A stretch of DNA of 64,000 nt. It comes from Amoebophrya sp. A120. Taxonomy: Eukaryota > Protista > Dinoflagellata. Position numbers and translations under genes: made by a program. Below, in pieces: positions 11,791 through 24,809 of this stretch. Below the pieces are notes generated by a model. The model was not told the origin of the DNA and made no database searches. It worked only from the letters and a program-made list of their open reading frames with translations. The stretch spans positions 434,001 through 498,000 of the forward strand of contig CAJINV010000016.1 of assembly GCA_905178155.1 (NCBI GenBank), given 5' to 3'. The number at the start of each line of letters is the position of its first letter. Within the stretch, counting starts at the first letter, position 1.

Positions 11791-12417
11791 TCACGCTGGA
11801 AGATTTTTTTTTTCTCGTAGGCAATAACAACCTCGACTCATGCCACCATATTTTCGCAAGCGCAACCTGTATAACATGTTGAAGTACTTAAATTTGTATA
11901 CCAGTCCCTCGAGCTCTCTCGGCGTGTCTTCGTCCGCCTGCCGACCAACATCATCACCTGCTGGGACCGCTTGTAATTCTGCATCAGCCAAAATCACCAC
12001 CTGCTGCTCTATGGGCTCCATCCGATGTTCTCCTTCACCCGCCCGTGCACCGGCAGAGGAGTTACTCGGGTAATTGTTTGGCGCTGTAGAGCTCGCGGCG
12101 GTGGAGTTGTCACTCGAACCGCTGGAACCGGACTTGGTTGCAGTCGGGGACCTTCTTGATGATTTCGGGGTCGCATTTCGAGGCTTTTTGGGACTCGGAG
12201 TGGTCCCAGTGCTCTTAGAAGTCGAACGGGGCTTCGCCGGCAGCTGCCCCCATTCTGCATTCAGTTCCTTTCGGAGCTGAATGATAGACTTTGTGTTCGA
12301 CGGATCGCTGAAGCGCTTGATCAGCTCGTGGTCGAATGATTTCTGGTCTTCATAGCGAGATTTATCCGTCACGGACTTTCGATCCCCGGTATCAGGATCC
12401 TTGGATTTCGACGGCAT
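11791..12417 (-). CDS. hypothetical low-complexity protein
   Basis: 208-aa ATG-started ORF, S/T/K/P-rich; a GT donor near 11901 may end the exon earlier. Confidence 0.5.
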   Translation of the reverse strand: MPSKSKDPDTGDRKSVTDKSRYEDQKSFDHELIKRFSDPSNTKSIIQLRKELNAEWGQLPAKPRSTSKSTGTTPSPKKPRNATPKSSRRSPTATKSGSSGSSDNSTAASSTAPNNYPSNSSAGARAGEGEHRMEPIEQQVVILADAELQAVPAGDDVGRQADEDTPRELEGLVYKFKYFNMLYRLRLRKYGGMSRGCYCLREKKNLPA

Positions 12418-14456
12418 CCGGACTCAGGTCTGTCCGTAGCCGCGTCGCAAAGTCGAATAAGGCGAGGAGATATGGCGGTCGTCGTGGTACATCTACGATT
12501 TTCAAAAATAACCAGCGTTGAAGAAAAATCTTAATTCCTTACATTTCGACAACTGTCTGCTAGCTTCTGTGCGCTACTCGTTCTGTCGATTTCAGGTCAC
12601 TATACTTGGATTTCAGCGCCCAAACCTGCGAATATAACATTGCCGAATGCCCGGGAAAAGTAGGAATAACAATAAGTACATTTTGGTTATTTCAATCATG
12701 ACGGGCGAAGATCGAAAAACACATTTTATGCCGTCGAACCCCTTTTCCCCTCATGCTGGCCACGACAGGGTGGACAACTCATGACAACTTTATCTCTCTG
12801 AATTCATCAGAAATCAAAAGCTCATTGCGAGGACGAGCAAAACGAAAAATACACGACTTTTATTGGCGTTGCTTGTACATATGGGCTCGCATCGACAAGA
12901 AAAAAATGCTGATAGGCGGTCGAACCCCTCCCTGCTCCCTCATGCTGACAATAACTCCAGCTGTCTCTCTGATTTCCGAAACTCAAACGTACACTCGACG
13001 AGCTAAAAATGCCTCGCGCTTGGTTCTGGTGTGGACCAGCAAGACGACGAGAAATTATTCGAACTTCGGCAGCTTACAGCTACCTGCTCGAAAAGAGAAA
13101 CGATACGAACAAAACCATGGCGGCCAAAAGCGTGACTAAGACTACTGACCTTGGGGTATACCACCTTCTTTTTCTTGAGTACACTTTCAAGCAGCAGCAC
13201 AAGTTTATCATTATTGTACAGTTTTTTATTTGAAGATGATGTTCTTAAGCTGCGTGCTGCTTTTCGATCCTGAACAAAAACTTCTTTATCATTTGTGTGA
13301 AACATCCTGTAAAATTGTTGTAAATCAATTGAATTCTCCTGTAAAAAACGCTTAAACGTGAAACTGGTCTATCGCTGAGAGTGAGTTGAACAAAAAGATG
13401 AAAAGCAAACAAAAATATTTATGTACAAAAATCAAATCTGATTTCTCTTGTCGTTGGAGCTGATACTTTCTGATATCCGAGGAAGTAGTTGTGTCTGAAG
13501 TTGATGTGTTCCGACCCGTCAATAGGAAACCTCTAGAATTTACCACGAAATCCATGGTGGATGGATTCATTGAAGAAACTTTTTGCAGCTGAATTAGAAA
13601 AATGTTTGCTCAATGTAAGCGGCAACAGAGGCGTACACAGCCGTCTCGACAATCCTCTTCACCAACCGGTTTCCCATGGGGTGCGTGGCTTCGTACGCGA
13701 ACCGGTGAATCAAACTCATCAGGTTATCACACTGAAATTTCATTCTGCGCCATATGCATCACACCACTGGTAGACTACTCAACCAGGAGTCAATGCATAA
13801 GCACAGCCGTCTATACGCCGTGCCAATTGAAGAAAGTTCGCTAGTGTTCTTGCTTTTCACTATAGCTCATACTGTATTGCTCGCTCCTTGCGAATAATAT
13901 GCACAAGGTTCTTACGTTCAGGAACTACTGGTAAGGCTGAAAATTGCACGTTTGCAGTGTGATAAATTTTTTCGGCAATCCAGTGCCAGTCGACCTTCAT
14001 GCCTTCCGCAAGGCGGGTGATGAAAAGTAATTCCCGCAGCAGCGGGTCCGAAGATTGTTATGCAAAGTAAAAAAGAAGCTTATCTTCACACCTGATATCA
14101 GCATGGTTGTTCTTTTCCTGCTCAACAAACAGCACATCCAAATTTTTCAATGAACAACAATGTTGACATCAGCTGCAAGAACCCGACAAATTTTTTCCAT
14201 CTCGATACCACGGTGTACACGTTCAAGGACGGCAAAAACAGAGAAGCAGGTTGCTTGCCAAGGTATCAGAGCGAAAACGTGCCCCCTCGCAGAGAAATCA
14301 TGATTGCTAGTTCAGCCTTCGCAAGAGTTGCTGGTCGACCGTCTAGGGAGAGGTATACACAAAAAACGTGAAGCGAGTTGATCTACCTATACAATAGCAG
14401 AACCTATTTTTTTTTCCTTGGTCATCACGAATCAGTACAATCGTACGTTGCGGGTA

Positions 14457-14792
14457 CTAGTAGGCAAAAGCTGTCCTGGTCTGCGAGAAAGAAAGTTTTC
14501 GTCTGCTTAAAACTCCCAGGGCGAAAATATCGCCCTCGTTGTACAGCATCTCGCACATCCATTTCATGTTGCACAAAAAGCACTTCCGCAGCATCTTGCG
14601 GACACGAATCGGCTCGTCGCCAAAGTTCTGCTTGATCAACAGAAATTGTTTTTCTGCGATGCTCTCCACACCCTTCTCCATCAACTGCTTCTTGTCCAGC
14701 AGAACTGCAGAGGAAACATCGCGGCCGAGAACCGGATGCTCCTGACCCACAGACGTGACGGACATGGTCGTGCGTAATTCCTCTGCTGTCAA
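14457..14792 (-). CDS. hypothetical protein or exon
   Basis: 111-aa ORF with coding-like GC3 in an otherwise AT-rich region. Confidence 0.35.
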   Translation of the reverse strand: MTAEELRTTMSVTSVGQEHPVLGRDVSSAVLLDKKQLMEKGVESIAEKQFLLIKQNFGDEPIRVRKMLRKCFLCNMKWMCEMLYNEGDIFALGVLSRRKLSFSQTRTAFAY

Positions 14793-16194
14793 AGTTTCAA
14801 ACCTGGTGGACGCGAAGTTTCACAATTCTACTTCCTTGCTCTCTTTTTTACGTAGTCAGAAAGAAAATCAGAAAGTGCTACAAGTGGCTATGAAGATGAT
14901 ATATGCGATGAAAAAAAGTTGAAGTAGTCGATGGCCGCAAACGGATACGCGGTGGTAACACGTTTGCATGCTTGCTTCGGAAATCATCGAAGCAACGTCG
15001 TTGGCTCCTTCACAAAAGAAGACACGCGGTGGTATGAATGCCCAACGAAAATAGTGGATTTTCAGTAGTAGTACTCAATTCAACGATGATCATGGACACG
15101 ACGAGACTGGCTCACGAACAGACGAGACGAATTTGCAACGTTGTAAGATCAAGGTCTACGCTGCAACCACGAATCTCGGTCGATCGAGATCGTGCTTCGA
15201 TAAAAACCGTGATCTCTCCGACCGATGCATGTCGATTAACGTGAATATTTGCATTCGAGTGTTTTTTCCAAGACGAAGGAAGAGGCGACGAGAAGTGCAT
15301 TATTTTGTTTTTCGGAGCATGGCTGCATAACGTCCGAAGCTGCAGGAGTCCGGATCCGAGGCGAGTGGCTGTCTCCGTCACGACTTGCTGCATATCAAAC
15401 ACAACCCGAAGCCGGGCTTACCGCCTTCATGGCTTCAGCATGTTCATCTCCGTACTAGCACGCCGAACACAGAAATTAAACCGAAGACAGCGAAGATACT
15501 CATACGAGCTGTCTGTGGTGTTTCTTTTCTGATATTTCCAACTTTCTTTTCCTAGTGTACACGGTGTAGTCTCTAAAAAAGCTGCTGAAAATCCCAATTT
15601 GTGATATTGGTGCTCTTGCTTGGTAATCGGAATACTTATCCAGATGTCGGTAAACTCTATTTCATTCTTTGAAGTTGCGAACTGTCATCTTTGTTGAGGC
15701 GCCACAATGAAACGCGGCACAACGTTTAGTCTGGTCTTGAAAATCAGGTGTCATTATAGTGAAAAAAATCAGGTGTCGATGTGGTGATTGCCCCCTGCTG
15801 GATTTTTCTCCTAACAGAGTTACAGTTTGTAGTCAGATAAAGTTGCGTGTAAAATTTGGAATCGAAATTGAAAGTCGCGATCTTACTGAAGTTACACAGT
15901 TTCTCGTTTGAAGAAGACGCAGTGCCTGCGTAGAAAATCTGTAAAACGTTGCAAACCAATAATTGAAATTGTAGCAGTACTGTTAGATGAGTGACAAAAC
16001 CATAAATTATCATACATACTTTGAAAATTATACATCAGTCACGATTTTCTGCGTCTCAATGGACATCAACCAGGTAGATAGTAGCCTGTAGCTGCGCCTG
16101 TCCGGAGTGAAACCCTTGCTTGTCCCCCTTTATTTCCGAGAACGCGAAGCCGATGCCGACGCGTCCGGGGGACCTGAGATGAAATAGGGAATTG

Positions 16195-18876
16195 TTATCG
16201 AAATAATGACGCTCGGTCTTGACATTCATGTTGACCTTGATCTCGAACCGCTGGTGGAACCCAAGCACTCCGGACATGGACTAACGTAACATCCGAATCA
16301 AAAATCGGACCTAGCGCTCAACAACAAACGTGATTTGACAATGACATACAAATGTGTTCATTTGTTTCTTGTATGTACTAACTTAAGTACTTACTACTTA
16401 CCATCGCTGTTTTTCCGACTGCGGAAAAGACGCTTCACTGTGTTCACGAAGCCGCTTCCCGTCTGTGCTTTATTCTGTCGCAAGGTTTTTTCTTCCACAG
16501 CACCGGAGTTGAGACGCGGCACCGGCGCTGCGAAGCACGACCTCGTGGTTCCTCGCCCGTCCGACCGTCGCCGTTCCGTACTTGCTGGACGCAGGATTTC
16601 CGCCCCGGTGTCGCCTTCAACGTCATCAGCAGTGTCCGACGCCAGATGCGCACTTGACAGATTGGCGAAGTTGTAGTACCGCTTTTTCAACGTCGTCGTC
16701 GTGGATGTGGTTTCATCATTGGTATGCACATCCAGTTCGAACCGATTCGTAAGGTCCGTCATGCTTTTCTTGACGGAGCAGACTATCTGGTCCGCGTCCA
16801 CCCCGCCACGCTGTTGCGGCTGGTGAAACAGCACCGGTGTCGTGATTCTCCGCTTGATGTGCGCATGGCCGTCCTCGACGTCTCGGGAGGCAGTAGAATC
16901 CAGGCAGGATGGTGCAACGGCCGGATCGCCCGTTGCCTGGTCGCCGGAACCACGAGGTGCCGTCGCGCTGTTCTCGTGGGTTACTCCAGTGGAGAATGCG
17001 GGGGGCTGATTGGAAGCTGTCGTAGTCGACCCCAGACCGTTACACGAGCTGGTTGTGGAAGAGGAGGATGATGACTCGTTCTTCCCGTCACCTATCAACT
17101 GCAAATATGTCTGGGTCTGGAGGGTTGCAACGTGTGATGCTGTCCCTGGATTCTAAAAGCATTTGTATTGCATGACCAGCGAGGAGAGATGTCCAGTTTG
17201 TGCTACGCGGGAAGGGCGTTTTTCTCATGCGGAATAGGCAGCGCGAAGCTCTCTGAAAATATCTGATGCGAGGTGATGCATTATAGGCATCGTGGGTCAT
17301 ACAAAATATGCATGACAAACCTTGCGTTCTTCCAGATCCAGACATATTTGCAATGGATATCGTCCGCACTCGCCTTACCTTTCTCTTCCCCCGACGATTT
17401 CGCCGCCCCCGCCGTCCTACTCGCACTGTTGGAAGACCTGATCTCGGAGGTCTTTGCGTTGATCTTGGTTGTTCCTGCGGCAGTGTTATCAATACTGTCA
17501 TCCAGTGGCGCAAAAAACTCGGTGTGTGTCTGAAGAATCTTGTCCGCATAAAGATTCGTCTCCTGCTTACTTGTTGCACTCATCCGCAGCATCCGCTCCC
17601 GCCGCTCCAGCATGTCCGTAGAGGCCGTGCCGCCAGAAATCTTTTTGGTGTTTCGCACGACCTCGTCTGCCCCTTTCTCCTCGTCGATGCAATCGTGCCA
17701 GACCCCGCCACCAAAGGCGGGACCCCCTTTACTAATCACATCCGCGTTCATTTTCCCTTTCTCCGGTGACCGAGAACTAGAGTTCTGCTTTCTTCCAGGG
17801 GGCTTGATGTTGCTCGCCTGTTCTTTGATGTTGTTGGAAGAAGTGGAAGATGAGTTTGTCTGCTCTCCTTTGACGCTGCTGTGGTTCTTGCTGCTACCGA
17901 ACAGGAAATTCGAAGTTTTCGACCGCAGAGAAATTTTCGTGGTCTTCTTCGCCTCCGTGCTCGCAGTTTCCTTCAGTGCAGCCGCGGGAACAAGACGACG
18001 AGTGGCAGAAACTACAGGATCAGCTGCAATTACCGAGGTCGACGTGGAGGTCTTCGTGGTACTATCAGCACTTGCGCTTTCTCCTGCCGAGTTTTTCTGT
18101 TTGATTTTGGTTTGCTGATCTTGTTCCTGGGAAACAGACGAGGTCGAGGTGATCTTGTAGTTGTTCTTTTTCTGTCCGCTTTTGCTGTTGGTTGTAGTTG
18201 ATGCGCCTCCAGCTGCCGCGGCAATGGCCTTCAGATCCACTTGCGCCGACCCGCCCTCCTCGTCGAGTTTTATCAATTGCGCCACCGGGCCTTCCAGGAG
18301 GCTTGCAGCTAGTTGCAGCTGCTTAAGTGCTGCGGAGCGCACGAGTTCGGTAGACTTCGTGCTGTTGGCCAGCTGCGACACGGTGTTCTGCAATACCGAA
18401 AACGCGCGCGTGTAGTTCGCCCAGCCGTCCAGGACGCTGCAGAGCGCTTGAAAAGTGGCGTCCGGGATGTCGTCGCGGGAATTGTTGAGATCCGATTTCG
18501 CATACACAAGCACCTCGCGAATTATTTTTTTCGCTCTTTTCATCTCCTTCCCAGCCACGACGTCTTTTTTCAATTGCTCGATCTCGACCTCCGCGGTATC
18601 CATCCGCTTCTTCACACGGTTGACCTCGCCATCAACACGGTTGATCTCGCCATCTACACTGTCGATCCGGCTCTCCAATTTGCCCTCCACGCGGGTCACT
18701 TCACTCGCCATGTTCTGCTTCAAAATGCCGATCTCGTCTTGGAGGTGCTGCAAGTGGAAGTTGTACACCTCCTCCTGTTTTTTGGTGTCCTGCTTCAGGT
18801 TGACGAGTTGCGCTGCGAGTTCGGACAACGTCGGGGCCCCGGAAGCAGAGGATGTTGGGACGTCACTGTTCATCAA
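16195..18876 (-). CDS. hypothetical coiled-coil/low-complexity protein
   Basis: ORFs 17281-18876 and 16394-17104 join in frame across IE 17093-17359; a probable GT-AG intron 16311-16401 leads to a stop at 16195. True start may lie upstream. Confidence 0.65.
17093..17359. mobile_element. introner element, family A (opposite internal orientation to 4618)
   Basis: Family A TIRs; flanks TCACC/TCGTC diverged; frame restored by removing element +2 or +5 nt. Confidence 0.85.
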
Positions 18877-19297
18877 AACAGGCGCTTTGGAGCTCGATTT
18901 CGACGCCGGGGCACCCGTGGATTGCGTGTCCAGCGTCGATGGCTGCGGGGTGTTGCGTGTGGACGCGTCAAACGCTCGTCGCGCGGATGCAGAGGTGATT
19001 TCATATCAACTACGCTTGCGGGCTGGGACTGACAAGACACGTACTAGTTTGTTAGTAAATTCGTAAATATGTTCGCTATTTTTTCGTCATCTAGTACTCA
19101 TAGAGCGCCCCGCTCTAGTAGTTGTAGTTCTTCTTCTTTGTACGCAGAAACGCATTCAAAAATAAAAGCTGCAGACATGACATCAGAACTCGGTAGTTGA
19201 TACTCCTCACGCATCCGTGGACGAACCCACCAGGTCTGGAAACGTAAACCGCCGGACTTCTTCCTCGCCAAGTAGATGTTACTTGGGTAAGGCCCGC

Positions 19298-20880
19298 AGC
19301 TTCTGTGAAACTTTTAATCGCGCAGCACATTCTTTGTTTTAAGCCTTCGAATGCTTAATCTAGGAAATCGCGTTCATAAGGTTTAAGCATTCGATTTCGA
19401 ATGCCTAAACTAAGAAATCGCAATTTAAGCATTCGAGTGCTTAAATTCACGGAAACGCAGATTGCAATTTGCTCTAGCAAATTTCAAATTTGCTCACACA
19501 GCTTCAAAGATAACCAGTCAATTAGCCATTCGAATGCTTAAAGTGATTGTTTATTTTCAAGCAGTTAAGCATTCGAATGGCTAAGCTGATTGCTTGTCTG
19601 TGCAGCTGCGTGAGCAAATTTGAAATTTGCCAAGAGCTTTCGCACCATGGGAAACAAAAGCTCCGCCGGTGCAAGAGCACAGAGCAATGTCCCACGGCGC
19701 TTTTGTTAAGTGCCCACCCCGCGCAAAACCGCCGTGGGCGTCGTGATCCCTCCAGATCGCGACGCCTGGGGCAATTTGCCCCATTGGGCCCCCTGCGGGC
19801 TTCGGTGCACAAGGTTGCAGCGCGGCGCGGGCGCCTGGCGCGCGAGGGCGAGGAGGCGAATTCAAGAGCAAGGCGTGGCGCGCACGCTTCTCGCTGGGCC
19901 AACTGACGCGCGGGTGGGGTGGAGGGGCGTGGCCGCCGGAGCGGCGCCGAGCGGGCGGCACTTTTATCGGGGGCGACGAAGCAAAGGGCAATGGGAGCAC
20001 GACAGACAGAGCCAAGGCGCTCCGGGGCGCTTTTGTATGTTAAGTGCCTGCGGGCCCGGCGCAAAACTGTCGCTAGCGTCGTGATTTCACCAGACCGCGA
20101 CGCCATTGGCGATGTATGGCGCAGGCACATACGACGCCACTTGCCCCGCGCGCGAGCCCCTTGGGGCGAGTTGCGAATGGCGTCGCGATCTGCTGAGATC
20201 GCGACGCTAGCGACAGTTGTGCGCGGGGCCGGCAGGCACTTGGCAAAAGTGTATGTTAAGTGCCTGCGAGCCCGGCGTCGCGATCTGCTGAGATCACGAC
20301 GCTAGCGACAGTTTTGCGCGGAGCTTGCAGGCACTTAACAAAAGCGCCCCGGAGCGTCTTGGCTCTGTCTGTGCTCTTTCCCTTTGCTTCGTCGCCCCCG
20401 ATAAAACATTCGAATGACTCAAAGCAGCTTCACAAAGTTGGCAAATAACGGCTCGCAGGGTTAAAATAAGGAAACAGCAGATTGAAATTTGCGTGAGCAA
20501 ATTGGAATTTGCGCTGCCATTTTTGAAATTTGCTCGGGCGGGTGCAAAAATTCTCTTCATTTAAGCATCCGAATGGCTAAACGACTACTTTTTTTCCGGT
20601 GACTTTAAGCGTTCGAGTCGCTATTTCTAGACTTCTTGCAGAAGCTCCGGAGCAAATTTCAAAAACCTACGAGCAAATTCAAATTTGCTCGCGCAAATTT
20701 CAATCTGCTGTTTTCTTATTTTAAGCACTCGAACGCTTAAACTCAAAAATATCCGAGTTCTTAAGTTAAGCACTCGAATGCTTAAACGCTAAAATCTCAA
20801 AGCATTCGATTTCTCAAATTAAGCCTTCTAACGCTTAAACCTCTAAACTCTGCTCTTCGATTAAAAGTTTCACGGAAGCT
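19298..20880. mobile_element. non-autonomous foldback/MITE-like TIR element
   Basis: TIR AGCTTC(T/C)GTGAAACTTTTAATCG (23 bp, 1 mismatch, weaker similarity further in); subterminal copies of the palindrome TTAAGCATTCGAATGCTTAA; internal inverted repeats ~19962-20090/20288-20407 and ~20460-20512/20671-20724; no transposase ORF; no clear TSD. Confidence 0.75.
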
Positions 20881-21396
20881 ACTTTGACGGACCACATAAA
20901 GATGGTGTGACGGGGCGATGATCCGCAGTGGGGAAGAAACAGCGTCAAACCGCTTCAGGTTTGTATTGTTCAGTGGTACTGGTTGTAAAGGTCCGCTAGT
21001 CTCATCCTCCCCTTCTTCCACCGAAGCGTATTCTTCATCGCAGCGACTCCGCAAATCGGAGAATATGTCGTACGTGTCCTTGAGCAGTTCTTTGATTTCA
21101 AAGTTCTCTTCATCTTCGTCATCTACTACCCCTCCGGTGGATTTGTTACTGTTTTGTTTTTCATCTTCCTGGCCGCACCCATCCAGCTCAGGATTTTCAA
21201 CATCTCCTTCACCTTCCCCATCTTGAAATCCCGCATCACTCCGATTCCCGAGATCATGCAGTTCACCCTGTACCTGTTCCTCGGGGTCTTTCTTCTTGTT
21301 TACCGCAACCTTTGCGGTCTCCACTGCACCGGTACTACAGGCCACCCCGTTTGTTGCCGCAGGCTCTTCGACACTGCCGCTGAGGGGGGAAGACAT
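20797..21396 (-). CDS. hypothetical acidic protein whose 3' end runs into the TIR element
   Basis: 199-aa ATG ORF, D/E-rich; the last ~28 codons are element sequence. Confidence 0.55.
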   Translation of the reverse strand: MSSPLSGSVEEPAATNGVACSTGAVETAKVAVNKKKDPEEQVQGELHDLGNRSDAGFQDGEGEGDVENPELDGCGQEDEKQNSNKSTGGVVDDEDEENFEIKELLKDTYDIFSDLRSRCDEEYASVEEGEDETSGPLQPVPLNNTNLKRFDAVSSPLRIIAPSHHLYVVRQSSFRETFNRRAEFRGLSVRRLNLRNRML

Positions 21397-22441
21397 TTCG
21401 TATTGATTATTCCCGCAATCAACTTGAACTTAATTGCTTCGTGGCCAAAAAGTTTTTTTGTACAAAGTCGTCCCTGGAAAATTTCTATTATACTTAGATC
21501 ATTTGTGTAGTGGAATTCAGATGAGCAGTGCAGCGAAGCCGAAGATGAGGAAGGAATATGATAACGGCAGGTTTGAACAGCGATAGCACCGACAGTTAGT
21601 GTAGCAAACGTTTTCTGCACTTCTGCTGCATTTTCCTGTGCGTTCTGCTTCAGTACTTTCTGCACGTCTTTTTCTTGACGAAACGAGCCCTTGCTCTCTC
21701 TCTTTTGAAACGGTCGCTCACTTTGGTACGAAAACGAAAACGACCCAGAATACGAGATAAAACTTCAACTTCAATGCCCTATTTTTTACCACCCGTATCT
21801 ACCGAACAAAGGGGCTCGACACACTTTGTAATTGCGCACAAGACGAGTCATGTTCTTCTTCTGAAAATGTAGATGTACTGGATTTGGATATGAATACGAT
21901 GACGTTGACGATCGCATCACAAAGGAATATAGGAAACTTCTGCTTTTGAACTTCGGGACGTTCCGCTGCCGAACACGCAATGCAAATCGATATCTCTTCC
22001 TTCGAACACAAAATGCTGCACCAGCAAAACAAATTAGGCACGCCTCTTATTTTCGAGTCGATCCATTTCTCGTCGGGCTCGGCTGCTTTGTTGACGTCCA
22101 GACTTACTGTTTCTGTAGTTTCTGTCACTTTTGTTTGCATGAGTCTTCGCATGTTTAGTTCTCACCAGAAGTAGAGTCTCAAAAAACTTCTGCAGCAGAC
22201 GATCCTTAGAATCGAAACTGCCACAACTCCGCTATGTAGTTGACTTTGAATTTGATAGGTCCTACTGTGCTGCACCAATTACTTCGATACTCATCCACCA
22301 GAAATTTTTGCGTTCCAAACCAGGATCAGCCGGTCAGGCCGAGGATGTACCTTCGTGTTGTAGTTTTTTGAAGAAAGTAGAGAAACAAGCTGCTGCAAAA
22401 GATGACATGCAAAGAAACAGCCTTCGTCGCAAAGTCCTCCT

Positions 22442-23440
22442 CTACACGCAAAAGCTAAAGCAGGAATTCTTATACGTCGCAAGCGTCTCGCCGAACGCAA
22501 CGGTGGAAGCCTGCTCCGTCACGTTTGCATTTTTCTGCGAGAAGATGAATTCCCGCATTTTCCGAGTTAGTTCCGCAATGTCGTCGATCCGGGACGTTTT
22601 GAAGGAAGCGAAATCCCGCGCAAGCTGCGTCAGTTCATTCCTCACGGCCACGAGCGTGCCCGCGAGTGCAGCGACGCCCGCGGTGAGATCAGTGTCTTGC
22701 GCCAGGAGCAGGTGGTCATGCAGTCCACATGTCTTCCGCATCGCAGAGCCGAAGGTTGCTCGGGCATTTGCTGCTTGTACAGGTTGGCGCGTACTACTGT
22801 TCGAATCCGCAGGCTGCGGCCGCACTTCCCCCCTTGTCGAATTCAAAACCCCACTCTCTTTCGGGGGATTGCCGAGCACCAGGCGCGATGGGGTCCAGAA
22901 CCACTGGCCTTGTTGTACGGACGGGTGAGCAACTCCGTCTGCGATGGTGACAAACACGACAAAGACGAAAGCCAGCAGGAGTGTCCAACAAAGACACTGC
23001 ATTCTCCCTTTCCCTTCACCTCGGGATGAACCACTGCTTGTCGACCCCGAGTTGTTCGCCGCGAAGTTCCGTCTCCCGGCAAGTGATTCCGGTGTAGACG
23101 ATAAATCGCTTGAAGGGCTGTCCGGCGGTGGCTGCTGCTGCCCGGTAATTGCGCCCGAAATGGCTGACCTGATGCGGCTTACTTCTCCTCTGACTACCGC
23201 AGCCTCGCGTTCCAACACTCCACAATGCTCCTCCAGCTCTTCGAGCCGCGCCACCGCTTCGCCCAGGCTCATGAGATCCCGCGACCCGACCGTGTGGCCA
23301 CCGGGTAGAGGGAGGTCGTCCCCCGCGCGCCGGCTTTCCTCCCCGGAGCTGCTCCCGGGGCTCGGGGCGAGTAGGTTCTCCACTTCCTCCGAACGGCGGT
23401 CATAAGGACCTCGTTCTGGATGAACACCGAGATCGGCCAT
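22442..23440 (-). CDS. hypothetical membrane protein with coiled coils
   Basis: 332-aa single ORF; TM-like CLCWTLLLAFVFVVFVTIA flanked by heptad-like segments. Confidence 0.6.
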   Translation of the reverse strand: MADLGVHPERGPYDRRSEEVENLLAPSPGSSSGEESRRAGDDLPLPGGHTVGSRDLMSLGEAVARLEELEEHCGVLEREAAVVRGEVSRIRSAISGAITGQQQPPPDSPSSDLSSTPESLAGRRNFAANNSGSTSSGSSRGEGKGRMQCLCWTLLLAFVFVVFVTIADGVAHPSVQQGQWFWTPSRLVLGNPPKESGVLNSTRGEVRPQPADSNSSTRQPVQAANARATFGSAMRKTCGLHDHLLLAQDTDLTAGVAALAGTLVAVRNELTQLARDFASFKTSRIDDIAELTRKMREFIFSQKNANVTEQASTVAFGETLATYKNSCFSFCV

Positions 23441-24809
23441 TTGCTTACATCAAGTAATCCGGCACATGAAAGTCCAAAGAAACTGTTGAAGGCAAAACAA
23501 GAAGGCGAGTTGTCTTGAAGACCGCAGATAAGGATAAAACTACAGGTAAGTCTAAGTCAAAAGATACGAGTATCAAGAGAAACACACGGCATGACGCCCA
23601 ACTACCAGTGCTCGCTCGGTAAAAGAATGAAGGCGCAGTCGCGCAGGACTAAGACGTCCCGCTCTCCACTCGCGTTTTGCAGCTCTCTCACACATCCTGC
23701 TACGCCTCGTCCCTCAACTCGTCTTGGTCTTGCATTCCATTTTTATGTTCCTTTGCTAAACCGTTCCTTTCAAGGCTAAGGCAAAATCTCCTGCGCCCCC
23801 ACGACATCTTTGTCGTCAAGGCACTAGCTTTCGCGCCCCGAATGCGGGAACAAACAGGCCGATCACCGATTACGACGAGCTCCGTTTTGGGCGCCCCCCA
23901 TCGTGTCCGACACATACACACACCATAGTCTCCTCCGATAGCGGGTTTCGCGAGTTCGCCGGCCAGCAATCGTCAACGGACGCAGTGCGGCCGATGGCCA
24001 TCATGCGGCAACCACCTACCATCACCAATAAACGATGGCCCGGCCGCGCAGAACGAAACAAAGAAACGCCGCGCGGCGGGCCGGCGCGTGCCTGCCTGCG
24101 GGAGGAGGGGCTGGCATTTCTCGGCGCTGTTCGGCCGCCGAAGTGCCGCGCGGCGCGGGCGCGCGCCCGCCGGTCGGGCTGCGCTGCATGCTTGCAAATG
24201 GCAGGGCCGGCGGCCCACGAAAGGGGCAGGCGCCCTGCGTGCGGGCGCCCACGGCGGCCCCTCGGGCACACCTAGCGCGATACCGGACGGGGGTCACAAG
24301 CCCCGGCGGGGGGGGGCCAGCCGCCCCCGGCCCCCCGCAGGGAGCTCCCCCAAAACGTCCCGACCCTGTTGCCGGATCGCCATGGCGCCCGGCTTTAGAC
24401 CGCCGGCCATTCGTTGCGCTTGATGGAAGTCGCAAGGCGCCCGAGACGCGGAGGCTTTTCTTGGCGTTCCGTGCCTCTAGGGCGGGAAGCCTTTTCTCGA
24501 CCGTTAGCGACATTTTGGCGCCCGCCAAAGGGCTGAGGTCTCGCAAATGCTTCCGATTTTTAGCGCCATCGTAAATTCTTACGATTGTCTTGCACTGTGC
24601 TCCACTATTTGTAAAATCGACAGCAAAATAGAAGGTGGGCGCAGTATGTAAAGCAACAAAACCGTTGCCGCGTGCCTCGTGCATAAAAATCTCACTCCGC
24701 GACCTCAGTTCGGCGCCACTTGTCCTCTAGCGGAAAAACCCTCCAGTCGGTCTCACTCTCTTGAAACAGGTCGGCCCTCGCGCGCGCACGCAATTGGTGA
24801 CCAGATAAA

